The translations under genes and the position numbers were made by a program. A stretch of 61,447 nt of DNA, filler included, from an uncultured virus (IMG/VR IMGVR_UViG_3300005239_002421) (Duplodnaviria > Heunggongvirae > Uroviricota > Caudoviricetes). It is 6 parts of one record of this genome, joined end to end, with 100 filler letters (N's around TTAATTAATTAA, not from the genome) between each part and the next. Parts side by side here need not be neighbours in the genome. Positions count along the whole stretch, not along the records: positions 32,208 to 57,276 come from IMGVR_UViG_3300005239_002421; 5 more parts are not named here. One strand, 5' to 3'. Below the pieces are notes generated by a model. The model was given only the letters and a program-made list of their open reading frames with translations, was not told the DNA's origin and did not search any database. Of this stretch, positions 41,170 to 50,582 are shown piece after piece (the stretch's first letter is position 1; every line of letters starts with the position of its first letter).

Positions 41170-41372
41170 TTTTTCTTTAATTTTATTTGGTTAAACAATT
41201 ATAATTCATAAACTTTTTATGAACTAAACAACATAAACTCCCCTTAACGGGTCACTCTTTTTACAAAACTTAATAATTATCTTGTTATCAATTATCAACC
41301 TTTAGGAGCCGTGGGCTCAACTAAAAGGACCATATCAAACTGACTGCCCTTGGGACTTACCATCAATAATTA

Positions 41373-41501
41373 CTATGCTTCACCATCTTTGTCTAGGAAA
41401 TTCTTTTCAACCACATTTGCTCCAATGATACCTATCATTACACCAACTGCGACTCCAAGAATACCCATCAACATAGACTTCTTTCCTTTTCCTTCAATCA
41501 T
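41373..41501 (-). CDS. Small TM protein upstream of capsid gene (42 aa)
   Basis: Read manually: MIEGKGKKSMLMGILGVAVGVMIGIIGANVVEKNFLDKDGEA*. Confidence 0.7.
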   Translation of the reverse strand: MIEGKGKKSMLMGILGVAVGVMIGIIGANVVEKNFLDKDGEA

Positions 41502-41555
41502 CTTACTAAAGATTTTAAATTAAACTTAGGCACAAGCCATTGTTAAATACAAAAA

Positions 41556-41563
41556 CAAATTTA
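41556..41563 (-). promoter_or_regulatory. Bacteroidota-type -7 element TAAATTTG for the capsid operon
   Basis: TAnnTTTG in intergenic DNA upstream of 41501. Confidence 0.5.
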
Positions 41564-41687
41564 TAAACATATATAGGTTTATTAGCTTGTTGTTATGTAA
41601 ATAAGTGTAACCGGTTTGGTTGAAGTTATTTTAGAAAATACTATTTAACCCTGAAAATTTGATAAAAAAGTTGAAATTAAGTTGAAA

Positions 41688-41924
41688 TTAAAATGATTTT
41701 TTAACTTCATTTACTATTACACCATTCATAATAGAAAATATTCCTACTATTAATGCTAACTTAACTAACTCTTTAGAATCCGGTAATTTGAAGTTATTTG
41801 GATTTGTCACTTCGCCTTCTAATTCTTTTGTATGATTTTTACCCATATTAAAATGGATAATTGCTTCAGTCATAAATAGAACAAAAGTTGTGCCTCCAAC
41901 AATAAGACCTAGATTCTTTTTCAT
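41688..41924 (-). CDS. Two-TM protein
   Basis: TTFVLFMTEAIIHFNMG..FKLPD..LALIVGIFS; TATCTTTG 4 nt upstream of the ATG. Confidence 0.7.
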   Translation of the reverse strand: MKKNLGLIVGGTTFVLFMTEAIIHFNMGKNHTKELEGEVTNPNNFKLPDSKELVKLALIVGIFSIMNGVIVNEVKKSF

Positions 41925-41958
41925 TGGACAAAGATATATAAAAAAATATTATAAAAAA

Positions 41959-43431
41959 TTAATTCAATATTTTTTCAATTTCCATTCCTGTTAAAACATA
42001 CTTAATATCAGGATTTATAGCAATATGATATTCTTTATAAAGCCCCATAGCTATTGCCATTGAAACAGAAGGATTACAATAAAATTTATTACATTTTTTT
42101 ATCATCCAAGCCATATCATATAAGTCTTTTACTTTATCGCCATAAAAAATTAAATTATCTTTTACATCGTATTCTTTTAAAAGGGCTTCATATTCATCTT
42201 TCAAACCAATAAAATAGTTTTTACCTTTTTGTTCTTTAATACATTTTTCCCAATCAAAATCTACTCCATCTCTGTACCTTTGCGTTATATGAAATACATT
42301 AAATTTTCCCTTTGGAATTTCTACATTATTATTTAATTCGGGAGTATTAAATGTAAAGTCATCCTTCAATAATAAATAGGGAAACGGGGTATCTTGAGGA
42401 TTTTCTTTCCAAACTCTAAAATATGAAAACACTACTTGTTCTTCAAAAAGTTTTGGCGAAAGCCTAAAATAATCTAAATCATAATCTAACTCTACTGAAT
42501 TATCATATTTTACTTTAACACCTGTGTCGATTTCAGATGTTGAACCTTTTTTGTATGTTTTTTCTCCAAAACCATCTTTATATAAATTTACATTATTTAT
42601 ATAAGGTTGACATTTAAGCAGCCTGTATAAAGATTGATATTGCTTATTGGTGGCAGAAAATTTATGTTTATTTTTTAAATAAATATCTCCTCCTCCTTTT
42701 TTAATAATTAATGGCAATGAAAATATTACATCTCCTAAACTTCCGCTATGTAAAAAACTTTGAACTCTTTTTTTAGAAAAATTTTCTACTCCTACTTCTT
42801 CTATAAATTCTTCTGTGCTCTTTATATTCATCCACTCTTCTCTGTTTTTTGAGAAATTATCCCAATCAAGAGTTATTTTACCTTTGATAGCCGGTTTTTT
42901 CTTTTGGGCAAATGTAATCATACCAACCCCTGTATCTGTATCAATTACTGACATTTCTACATCTGTTCTTTCATTTCTAACTCGAACAAATGCTTTCCAA
43001 ACATCTCCATTCCAATAACTTGTTACTGCCGGTACTTTTTGATGGTCCTCTTCTAAAGGCAAACAATCGTGCATTAAAATTGTACCCCCTTTATTTAAAC
43101 AATCTATAGAATTATTTATATCTCTATATACTTGCTCATTTAGGTGTAATCCATCAATAAATATAATATCATATTTGTGATTGTGATTTTTAAAATATTC
43201 ATCTGATGTCATTCTAAAATCTACATCTATTTCTGATGGTTTCCATTTTTTATCAGATGTACTTTTAGCAACAGAAAATTCCGCTAAAAATCCTTCATCT
43301 AAAGGGTCACATCCTTTTTTATCATCTATTATAATTTGATTGAAACATTCTTTATCCCTTACCCCTATTTCGAGATATGTTTTGTAATTGTTTTTTTTAA
43401 TCAATGCGTTTATAATGTCAAATCTTTTCAT
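41959..43431 (-). CDS. Class I SAM methyltransferase fused to a GT-B (GT9-like) glycosyltransferase domain
   Basis: YLEIGV..DIIFIDGLH..GGTILMHDCLP..WNGDVWKA; then HSGSLGDVIFSLP. Confidence 0.8.
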   Translation of the reverse strand: MKRFDIINALIKKNNYKTYLEIGVRDKECFNQIIIDDKKGCDPLDEGFLAEFSVAKSTSDKKWKPSEIDVDFRMTSDEYFKNHNHKYDIIFIDGLHLNEQVYRDINNSIDCLNKGGTILMHDCLPLEEDHQKVPAVTSYWNGDVWKAFVRVRNERTDVEMSVIDTDTGVGMITFAQKKKPAIKGKITLDWDNFSKNREEWMNIKSTEEFIEEVGVENFSKKRVQSFLHSGSLGDVIFSLPLIIKKGGGDIYLKNKHKFSATNKQYQSLYRLLKCQPYINNVNLYKDGFGEKTYKKGSTSEIDTGVKVKYDNSVELDYDLDYFRLSPKLFEEQVVFSYFRVWKENPQDTPFPYLLLKDDFTFNTPELNNNVEIPKGKFNVFHITQRYRDGVDFDWEKCIKEQKGKNYFIGLKDEYEALLKEYDVKDNLIFYGDKVKDLYDMAWMIKKCNKFYCNPSVSMAIAMGLYKEYHIAINPDIKYVLTGMEIEKILN

Positions 43432-43451
43432 TTATTTATTTTTTAAAATAT

Positions 43452-44270
43452 TTATGTTAGGAAATATTGCTGCCTTATTCTACCCCTAACTTGTCTAATA
43501 GCTTCATCTCTATCAATTTTAGAGCCATCACTTAAACTTTTTTTATTAATAGCAGGTTTTACTACGGAATTAAAATTTTTAGATAAGTATTCATCTATTC
43601 CATTATTTATAATTGCTTCAGACATTTTTCCTTTTAATTTTTCTTCATCTAAATCTACATACATAAAATATCTAGGATTATCATTAAAATACTGTGTGTT
43701 TACTATGTTTTCAGCTATACTAAACATTTCGTATTTATCAGGAAATTTATTTCTATGTCTTTCAATACTATCTGAGTTTTTATGAAACCTCAACCAATTA
43801 GCATTTTGCCATACTTTAGTTGTTATTCTTCCAATACTCTGAAAATGCATAATAATATCTAAGTCTGTGTGTCTGTTGGAGCAAATAGCACCTACAATAT
43901 CTGTTGGAAGATGGTCACCTACATACTTATTAATGTCCTCAATCAATAACATACCCCCTCTAAAATAGTGTAGTATATCCCATAATTGATTTGCTATTTC
44001 TTTTAAAGTAAGTCTTATTCCTGTCTGCTCATTAAAAGGTCTTACCCTTCTTATTTCTGCGGTAGGCATAACAGAAAATCTTACTAAATCTTTCATAGAT
44101 ATAGCTTTATAATCTACAAACTCATCATTAACATCTAAAATTAATACTCTACGAGGAAGAACCCCTTTTGATGGATTTCCATAAACATAGGATTCAATAA
44201 GTATTTTAGTTTGATAGGTTTTACCAATCCCTTTTTTTCCTACTGCCATTCCTAGCTTTGGTTCTCTCAT
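43452..44270 (-). CDS. FtsK/HerA-superfamily genome-packaging ATPase (A32/P9-like)
   Basis: Walker A GKKGIGKT, ILDVNDEF, Walker B LLIEDI, arginine-finger region NRHTDLDIIMHFQS..VWQNA; 272 aa, no nuclease domain. Confidence 0.8.
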   Translation of the reverse strand: MREPKLGMAVGKKGIGKTYQTKILIESYVYGNPSKGVLPRRVLILDVNDEFVDYKAISMKDLVRFSVMPTAEIRRVRPFNEQTGIRLTLKEIANQLWDILHYFRGGMLLIEDINKYVGDHLPTDIVGAICSNRHTDLDIIMHFQSIGRITTKVWQNANWLRFHKNSDSIERHRNKFPDKYEMFSIAENIVNTQYFNDNPRYFMYVDLDEEKLKGKMSEAIINNGIDEYLSKNFNSVVKPAINKKSLSDGSKIDRDEAIRQVRGRIRQQYFLT

Positions 44271-44271
44271 T

Positions 44272-44898
44272 CTATAATTTTTTAAATGTAGCAGTTAATA
44301 TATTTGGTGTGTAATTTTTATCAATTCTAACTTTATCTTCTATGTTAGTATAATTAATAATTTCAAAACCCATTCTTTTCATAAATTTTTCTAATGATTT
44401 TTCATCAAAGTGATACAAATGTTCATCAGGCTTTCTATGTTTCCAATTATTAAACCATTCATCATCTGATGCCCCCCAACACCAAGGAAGAGATATAACT
44501 GCGTATTTACACTTTAAATCTTTTACAAACTCAATATCATTAAAATGCTCTAAACTGTCAAAAAATGTAATGACATCCACCTCAACAGAGGTTATATCTT
44601 TTACAAATTTTATATTATCTTTTAAAGGATATGCAGGTTCTACATCATTTCCATAAAGAACATCTATTGAGTTTTTACACGCATCTAAAAAATCTCCATT
44701 GCCATATCCAACATCCATTAACGATTTTGGAATATGACCTATTGAGCCAATAATATATCCTAATCTTAGGTTAAGTATATTGCCCCTGTCATTAAATACT
44801 GAATACCTGCTATCTGAATATTCTTTAGAATATATATACGGTTTGCAATTTATTTGCTTAACTACTCCATCTATATTTTTTTTATAGTTAGCTAACAT
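44272..44898 (-). CDS. Class I SAM-dependent methyltransferase
   Basis: LMDVGYGNGDFL..DVITFFDSLEH..EHLYHF. Confidence 0.85.
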   Translation of the reverse strand: MLANYKKNIDGVVKQINCKPYIYSKEYSDSRYSVFNDRGNILNLRLGYIIGSIGHIPKSLMDVGYGNGDFLDACKNSIDVLYGNDVEPAYPLKDNIKFVKDITSVEVDVITFFDSLEHFNDIEFVKDLKCKYAVISLPWCWGASDDEWFNNWKHRKPDEHLYHFDEKSLEKFMKRMGFEIINYTNIEDKVRIDKNYTPNILTATFKKL

Positions 44899-45330
44899 TT
44901 ATTTTTTTTTATAGTCATTCACTTTTTTTTCACTTTCACCTGCTTCAAATCGTTTCATAAAATCTTCTTTGTAATAAATATATGTATCTACATAAACATT
45001 TTTTTGAGATACGATTTCTATTTTAATATTATGAGAATCTATTTTTGCCTGTGCTACATCTAATAGCATTTTATTATCCTCAATAGGATGTGCAATATAT
45101 TCTTTAAGACATTTTTCTTTATCTTCTAAAAGTTCAACATATTTTTTTCGCAATTCTAACTGCCCCTCTAATCTTTCTTTTTGACCCTTCATAGAAGTAT
45201 CTCTCTTCTTATCTCTTTCGCCTATATATTTTGTTATATCTCCGGGCATTTTCCACTTAAAGTCTTTATAATGAGTTTTTTTTGGCTCTTTCCTTAAATA
45301 CTCTTTTCCGTTGTTTGCAAAGTGATTCAT
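44899..45330 (-). CDS. Coiled-coil hypothetical protein
   Basis: 143-aa ORF. Confidence 0.6.
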   Translation of the reverse strand: MNHFANNGKEYLRKEPKKTHYKDFKWKMPGDITKYIGERDKKRDTSMKGQKERLEGQLELRKKYVELLEDKEKCLKEYIAHPIEDNKMLLDVAQAKIDSHNIKIEIVSQKNVYVDTYIYYKEDFMKRFEAGESEKKVNDYKKK

Positions 45331-45350
45331 ATTTTAATTGTGTTTATTTT

Positions 45351-46106
45351 TTAATTATAATCTTTTCCAAATTCTCCCCATTTTGAATTCTTATGTTTAC
45401 ATATTATACCTGTATGAGCAAAATATTTTTGACCATTACGATATAAATCGTTTATGTAAACCACATCAGGAAACCATCTTTGCCCTTCTATATATCTGAA
45501 ATCATACTTTTCAAATACCGGTCTTGCAATCAAAATGCACCCTAAACCTGCTGACAATGTTTGAACAGGCTTTCCATCTATCATAAAGTTGTTACTTGCC
45601 CCTGAAATAGAACATCTATGGTCATCTAAGTCTGATGATATTCTATTCAACATAGGTTGCCTATTCTCGTTATCGTTTAACTGATACAAGGCACCTATTA
45701 CGGGCTTTCTTTCAAACATTAAGTCCTGAATTACATCAGGTGGAGGAAACACATCTGTTTCAAGATGAAGTATGTAGTCGTAATTCTTTCTTAAAGCATA
45801 CTGCCTACACAACTCGTGACTAATCGCTAGTCTTTTTAAAACAGAATCTTTGTTATCTTCTTCAGTTACATTAATACAATCAAAACCTTTGGTTTTAATA
45901 TATTCACTAAAGTCCTTTGTCAAAGAATTGTCCGCAAGAAAAACATCATATTCAGGATAGGTAAAGTTTTTTACATTTTCTGCCCACTCATCAAAACAAT
46001 AATCTTTTATATCTGATTGTGGTCCGCAGACTAAAACCTTTTTCCTTCTGTATTTCATTTTTCTATTTCTTTTTCGTAAATCTTCCTCTAGGTCCTCTGT
46101 CAACAT
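45351..46106 (-). CDS. GT2/GT-A glycosyltransferase-like protein
   Basis: YDYILHLETDVFPP..GLGCILIAR..D..H. Confidence 0.8.
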   Translation of the reverse strand: MLTEDLEEDLRKRNRKMKYRRKKVLVCGPQSDIKDYCFDEWAENVKNFTYPEYDVFLADNSLTKDFSEYIKTKGFDCINVTEEDNKDSVLKRLAISHELCRQYALRKNYDYILHLETDVFPPPDVIQDLMFERKPVIGALYQLNDNENRQPMLNRISSDLDDHRCSISGASNNFMIDGKPVQTLSAGLGCILIARPVFEKYDFRYIEGQRWFPDVVYINDLYRNGQKYFAHTGIICKHKNSKWGEFGKDYN

Positions 46107-46272
46107 TTTTGTTGTATTGAGGATGCAGGTTCTTTTGAGCCCTCTTGATACTTTCTACTCTTTTGTCTTTGGGTTTAGAAGAATCATTTTCACAACTTCC
46201 TTTTCTGTTACACAAAGAATAAATAGAAATACCAAAAAGAATAAGAACTACTAAAAAAATAATTATTTTCAT
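46063..46272 (-). CDS. Small N-terminal TM protein
   Basis: TM segment plus RGPRGRF tail. Confidence 0.55.
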   Translation of the reverse strand: MKIIIFLVVLILFGISIYSLCNRKGSCENDSSKPKDKRVESIKRAQKNLHPQYNKNVDRGPRGRFTKKK

Positions 46273-46303
46273 AATTTCATTTTTGGGTTAATACTAAGTT
46301 TAA

Positions 46304-47477
46304 TTATTTTTCTTCAGCTTCCATAGCATCTGACATATCGAAACCTTTATTTAAATCTACATCTTCAACTGTAGCTTCTATAATTGTTGTTTTACTTTCT
46401 TCTTCTGTTGGCTCTAACCTCATTTTTTTTCTAGGTCTGCCTCTTCTTCTTTTTGGAACTACGGTTATTTCATCTTCCATATCATCGTGAAAAGTTCCTT
46501 CATCTTCATTCGGAGAATTCATTTCCTGTTCTACAGTTTGTTTTATAGGGTTTGCAATTTCTTCTTGTTTCGGAAGCCCTCCAAACACCTCTTCTTCTCT
46601 TAAAGCAGATGGTGCTTCAGGCTCCGGAGTTGGTGGTGGCGGAGGTGGTGATTGGGGCTTAGGAGGAGTTGGTGGAGGTGACTGAGGAGGAGGACTTTGT
46701 GGTCTTGGTCCTGTTGCTCCTTGAGAACTAGAGTTAAACTCAGGATTTACTTGAGCATTATACATTTCGGTCATCATTTTCAACGATTGTGTAAGTGATT
46801 TTTTGAATGTATAAAGTTGTGCTCCTTTTTGAACTATATCTTTTCCAAATGCTACCATTAAGAATTGCTCATCACTCAAACCATATCCTCTTGAAGAGAA
46901 TACTCTAATCATTACGGGTCTTACACTTTCTACAAAATCATCATCAACTACTAATACTTCAGTTACCTGTCTATTATATTCTCCAATAAACTCTTGAACT
47001 GAAATTGTTTGAGTCTGAGAAATAGGGATTCGCATATCAGGATTTATCTCTCCCTTGATAGCTTTTTTAACAATTTCTTCTTCACTTAATGAAAAGTATT
47101 TTTGTCCAAATGTATGTGCAACTTTATTTCCTTCTAAAAAAGTGTCTACCCATCAAACTAGCACTTTCATCGGCATCTTTTTTACTATAATCTTGCAGGT
47201 CGTTATTTACAAAAAGGGTCATCGCTTCCAAATCCTGATTTAGGTTTTGAGGGCTTTTCCTTTTTTGAAGCAGGTTTATCATCTTCATAATCATCCTCTT
47301 GTAATTCATCTAAATTCGGTTGCTGATACATTGGCTCCGGAATGCTTGTTATTGAAGCAGGGTCATATGATACCCTTGGGTTTTGTATATTCCCCTTTGA
47401 ACTACCGGCTCATCAAATGGGTTGAAGTTTTCAGGAGTAGATAATTCCGAATAATCCGGTGTAGTGTTTTCAGACAT
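46304..47477 (-). CDS. Pro-rich acidic protein with AT-hook (about 390 aa; 5' part broken by homopolymer indels)
   Basis: ATG at 47477 (MSENTTPDY..FNPFDEPV) can be threaded into the 46304-47035 ORF; KRRRGRPRKK. Confidence 0.6.
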
Positions 47478-47478
47478 A

Positions 47479-47916
47479 TTATTTATTATTTTCAACGAAT
47501 ATCTTAATATCGTTGTTTATTTTAATTAATTTGTTATTTTGTTTTTTTTCTTCAGGAAATTTCGGGTTCAAATTTTCCATATAACGCATATCTCTGCTTA
47601 CAGTCGCTTTATTTAATTTAAGATTTTGAGATATTTGAGATTGTGACCAATGTAGATGTTCTCTGATTAGTAATACTAACATTGCTCGTGCTTTTGTTCT
47701 AACACCAAACTTCCTGCTTTTGCCTAGAAACAGTTCACTCTCTGATATGTTGAAATTTTTGCAAGTTGTTTTGATAATATAAGCTAAAAGATAATCTTGA
47801 TTTTCATATCCTTCTTTTAGTCCTTTATCTATAATTTTTTTTGCCTTTTCGATTCCTTTCTCATCAACGAGTTTCATTAATTTTTTAATGAGTTCAAAAG
47901 AATTGGTGTGTTTCAC
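47479..47916 (-). CDS. DnaA C-terminal-like HTH protein
   Basis: CKNFNISESEL..GKSRK..ARAM..L..SQSQIS..ATV. Confidence 0.7.
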   Translation of the reverse strand: MKHTNSFELIKKLMKLVDEKGIEKAKKIIDKGLKEGYENQDYLLAYIIKTTCKNFNISESELFLGKSRKFGVRTKARAMLVLLIREHLHWSQSQISQNLKLNKATVSRDMRYMENLNPKFPEEKKQNNKLIKINNDIKIFVENNK

Positions 47917-47981
47917 GAATGAATAATTTTATTTTAATAAATAATTACTAATTGCAACAAAAGTAAAAAAAAAAATTGCAA

Positions 47982-48377
47982 TTACAACCTATTTACTTGA
48001 ATAATTATTTTTGGTTCTCCTTTTTGAAAGAAATAATGAATCTGTTGTATATGATGAACACTATCATCTTCTATTTTTCCCATTCTTTTAAGCAAATCAC
48101 ATAATACCTTTTGCCAAAAAAATGCTTTATTATCTAAATCGAAATGATTGTTTTTGTCTGTTTGATAACCTATTGATATACTTAGATTGCTTCCAAGAAC
48201 CGGACAGTCTTGCAAGTGAGGAAGTAAAAATTGTTTAGCTTCATCGACCACTTGTTTTCTAACTTGGTAATGAACACTACTATAAAATAAATTTGCGGTT
48301 AAGTAGTAGGTAGATTTCTTTTTCTTTCCTAATTCTACTTTTTCTATTGGGGTGGGAATGACTTTTCTATACAACAT
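47982..48377 (-). CDS. rusA: RusA-like Holliday junction resolvase
   Basis: DLDN..K.LCD.L..GKIEDDS. Confidence 0.75.
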   Translation of the reverse strand: MLYRKVIPTPIEKVELGKKKKSTYYLTANLFYSSVHYQVRKQVVDEAKQFLLPHLQDCPVLGSNLSISIGYQTDKNNHFDLDNKAFFWQKVLCDLLKRMGKIEDDSVHHIQQIHYFFQKGEPKIIIQVNRL

Positions 48378-48381
48378 AAAC

Positions 48382-48408
48382 AAAAAAAAAGTCAGGCACC
48401 AACCTGAC
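48382..48408 (-). terminator. Intrinsic terminator-like hairpin
   Basis: GUCAGG-UUGGUG-CCUGAC followed by U9. Confidence 0.65.
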
Positions 48409-48501
48409 TGAATTCTAAGGAATAAACAATTTGTAAAAAAGAGTTGTTTAAGCTACAAATATATAAAAAATTTATTAAACAAATCATTTTTGTGTTTTTT
48501 T

Positions 48502-49137
48502 TTACAAGAACTTTAATCCTCTCTCGGTTACTTCTTGTATTGATTTAAAATGTGATAATGAAAGTTGATAACTACCTTCATCACTCATTAAAACTTCAGC
48601 CTCTTTTAAATTGGTCATAAATCCATTTTCAGTTAATACTGAAGGCATTGATGTATATTTTAATACATAAAAATTAGCGGTTTTAATACCTCTATTTCTC
48701 CATTTCATCTCCTCAACAACATTATCATTAAATATGGATGCTAATCTTAATCCTTTGTCTGATGTTGGATAATGATAAGTTGACAATCCGTGTGCATTAT
48801 TCCAACCTTTTCCGTAAGCATTATGATGTATTGATACATATATACAGTTATCTATCTTTTCAGCTATTAAATTAGCTTTTGTAACTCTATCGCTTAAAGA
48901 ATTATCTCTCCATTCCTCTGATACTACACTATATTCGTAGTTGTTTTCATCTAGTAACTCTTTTAAACAATGTAAAACCTGTCTATTTCTTACTCCTTCA
49001 TACAATACTTCTCCTGCATATTTATTTGGAGTAGGGAATACCGGGCTTCTTTTACCTCTTGTTTGATACTCTCCGGTTTCAGGATTCAATCCTCCGTGAC
49101 CTGCATCTAATATCCAATGATATTTTTTAGTATTCAT
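48502..49137 (-). CDS. N-acetylmuramoyl-L-alanine amidase (Amidase_3), endolysin candidate
   Basis: ILDAGHGG..E..VSIHHNA..FYVLKYT.MPSVLTENGFMTN. Confidence 0.9.
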   Translation of the reverse strand: MNTKKYHWILDAGHGGLNPETGEYQTRGKRSPVFPTPNKYAGEVLYEGVRNRQVLHCLKELLDENNYEYSVVSEEWRDNSLSDRVTKANLIAEKIDNCIYVSIHHNAYGKGWNNAHGLSTYHYPTSDKGLRLASIFNDNVVEEMKWRNRGIKTANFYVLKYTSMPSVLTENGFMTNLKEAEVLMSDEGSYQLSLSHFKSIQEVTERGLKFL

Positions 49138-49147
49138 ATGCTTATGT

Positions 49148-50116
49148 TTATTTAGTACCAAACGGAGGCATACCTCCTTCAGGTGCTTTAGGAAGCCCTC
49201 CAAATACCTCATTTTCATTTACTGTTTTAGGTGGAGCAAATCTATTAGGTGTTTGTCCTTGATTGCCTTGAGGACTGTTTTGTACTGCATTAGAGATTCC
49301 ATAATCTTGTTGTGAATCAAAATAATTTTCTGTCCCCGGATTATTATTTACATAATTCTTTATTGGGCTTTTGCTATCTCCTATACTTTCTGCAATTTTA
49401 CTTGCATTAAAATATTTATTTTTAAAGTTGTCATCGTTAATAATACCCTGAGCCAATTGCTTACCAAAAACTTCATCAGAAGGAAAATGAACTCCTAAAA
49501 TTATTCTTGATTTAGAGCATTTATCAGCAAATTTAGTTAGCATATCTTGTTGGTCGGGATAACGAAAAGATAATATCTCTGCAAATACCCTGCTTTGTAC
49601 GGTATGACCTGAAGGGTATGAAGGTGACTGAGCAGATACCGTGGGCATTGGGTTTAAAGGAAACTTATAAATATTTGCAAGTTGATAAGGTCGTATTCTA
49701 TTATAATAAAATTTTAACTTCATTATAATTGGATTTATATCTTTATATAATTCTTTTACAAAACCTTCAAGATTTGAAACTCCGCATTTATATGCAGTAT
49801 CAAGAAACATTCCTTCTAAATCTTCATCAAATTTGATACTTAACTCCACAACTTTATCGTGTTGGAGTTTTTCCATATCTTTTTGTATATCCTTTAACTC
49901 TTTAGCGGCATAAGTACCATCATTATTTGGATAGGGTTTATCCATAAAATAATTTGCTATGTAATCAAAATCTCCTTCTTTTCTAATAAGTATATCTTGT
50001 GCTGCATTAGGATTTCCATATGTTAGATTATTAACAGGAATTAGCCCATACTTAGTTTCAGGTGTAGAAGTATTAATTGTTTGCTGAGTTCTTTTTCTTG
50101 TTCTTGTTCTAGCCAT
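49148..50116 (-). CDS. PAP2-superfamily phosphatase
   Basis: K....RIRP, SYPSGH, SRIILGVHFPSD. Confidence 0.85.
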   Translation of the reverse strand: MARTRTRKRTQQTINTSTPETKYGLIPVNNLTYGNPNAAQDILIRKEGDFDYIANYFMDKPYPNNDGTYAAKELKDIQKDMEKLQHDKVVELSIKFDEDLEGMFLDTAYKCGVSNLEGFVKELYKDINPIIMKLKFYYNRIRPYQLANIYKFPLNPMPTVSAQSPSYPSGHTVQSRVFAEILSFRYPDQQDMLTKFADKCSKSRIILGVHFPSDEVFGKQLAQGIINDDNFKNKYFNASKIAESIGDSKSPIKNYVNNNPGTENYFDSQQDYGISNAVQNSPQGNQGQTPNRFAPPKTVNENEVFGGLPKAPEGGMPPFGTK

Positions 50117-50125
50117 AATTATATA

Positions 50126-50560
50126 TTAAAAAAAGTAATCAAAAAGTGAATTTCCCTCTTGCTTAGGTTTAGGCTCAGGCTCTTCTTTCAATTTTTCTTC
50201 TTCTAATCTTTTAGCTTCTGCCTGTTCTGTTCGCTTTAAATCCTCTTCTTCTTGAATTCTTTTTAGTTCTAAGGCTTCTTGTTGTAGTCTTTCTTCTTCT
50301 TTCTTTCTAGCTACGGCTTCTTGCCTTGTGGTATTCATATCTTCATAAATCTGAACACAAACTGATTTTGATAATCTTATTAATTTTTGTGTATCAGATT
50401 CTGATACTTCAAATTCTTTGCCTTTTTTTTCTGCTCTTGATTGCTTTAAAGAAACTCCTCTATGAAAATGATTAAAATCTTTTAAATAATTTTGTGCTTC
50501 TCTTGTCAGATTTTCTTTTTGAAGTTTCTGCTCTTCCATTAAAACTTGGTGTGGGTACAT
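50126..50560 (-). CDS. Coiled-coil hypothetical protein
   Basis: E/K-rich; ends LFDYFF. Confidence 0.65.
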   Translation of the reverse strand: MYPHQVLMEEQKLQKENLTREAQNYLKDFNHFHRGVSLKQSRAEKKGKEFEVSESDTQKLIRLSKSVCVQIYEDMNTTRQEAVARKKEEERLQQEALELKRIQEEEDLKRTEQAEAKRLEEEKLKEEPEPKPKQEGNSLFDYFF

Positions 50561-50582
50561 AATGTATAAGTTTAGTTAATAA

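Noticed and set aside
43452..44270. Terminase large subunit, or VirB4/Zot-type ATPase of a conjugative or filamentous element
   Set aside because: Too short, no nuclease domain, no TM segment, and no T4SS genes nearby. Motif order fits A32-like packaging ATPases better.
47036..47477. Apparent pseudogene or programmed frameshifts (also near 3010, 51200 and 55677)
   Set aside because: The shifts fall mostly in homopolymer runs and simple corrections restore sensible ORFs. This is typical pyrosequencing error.
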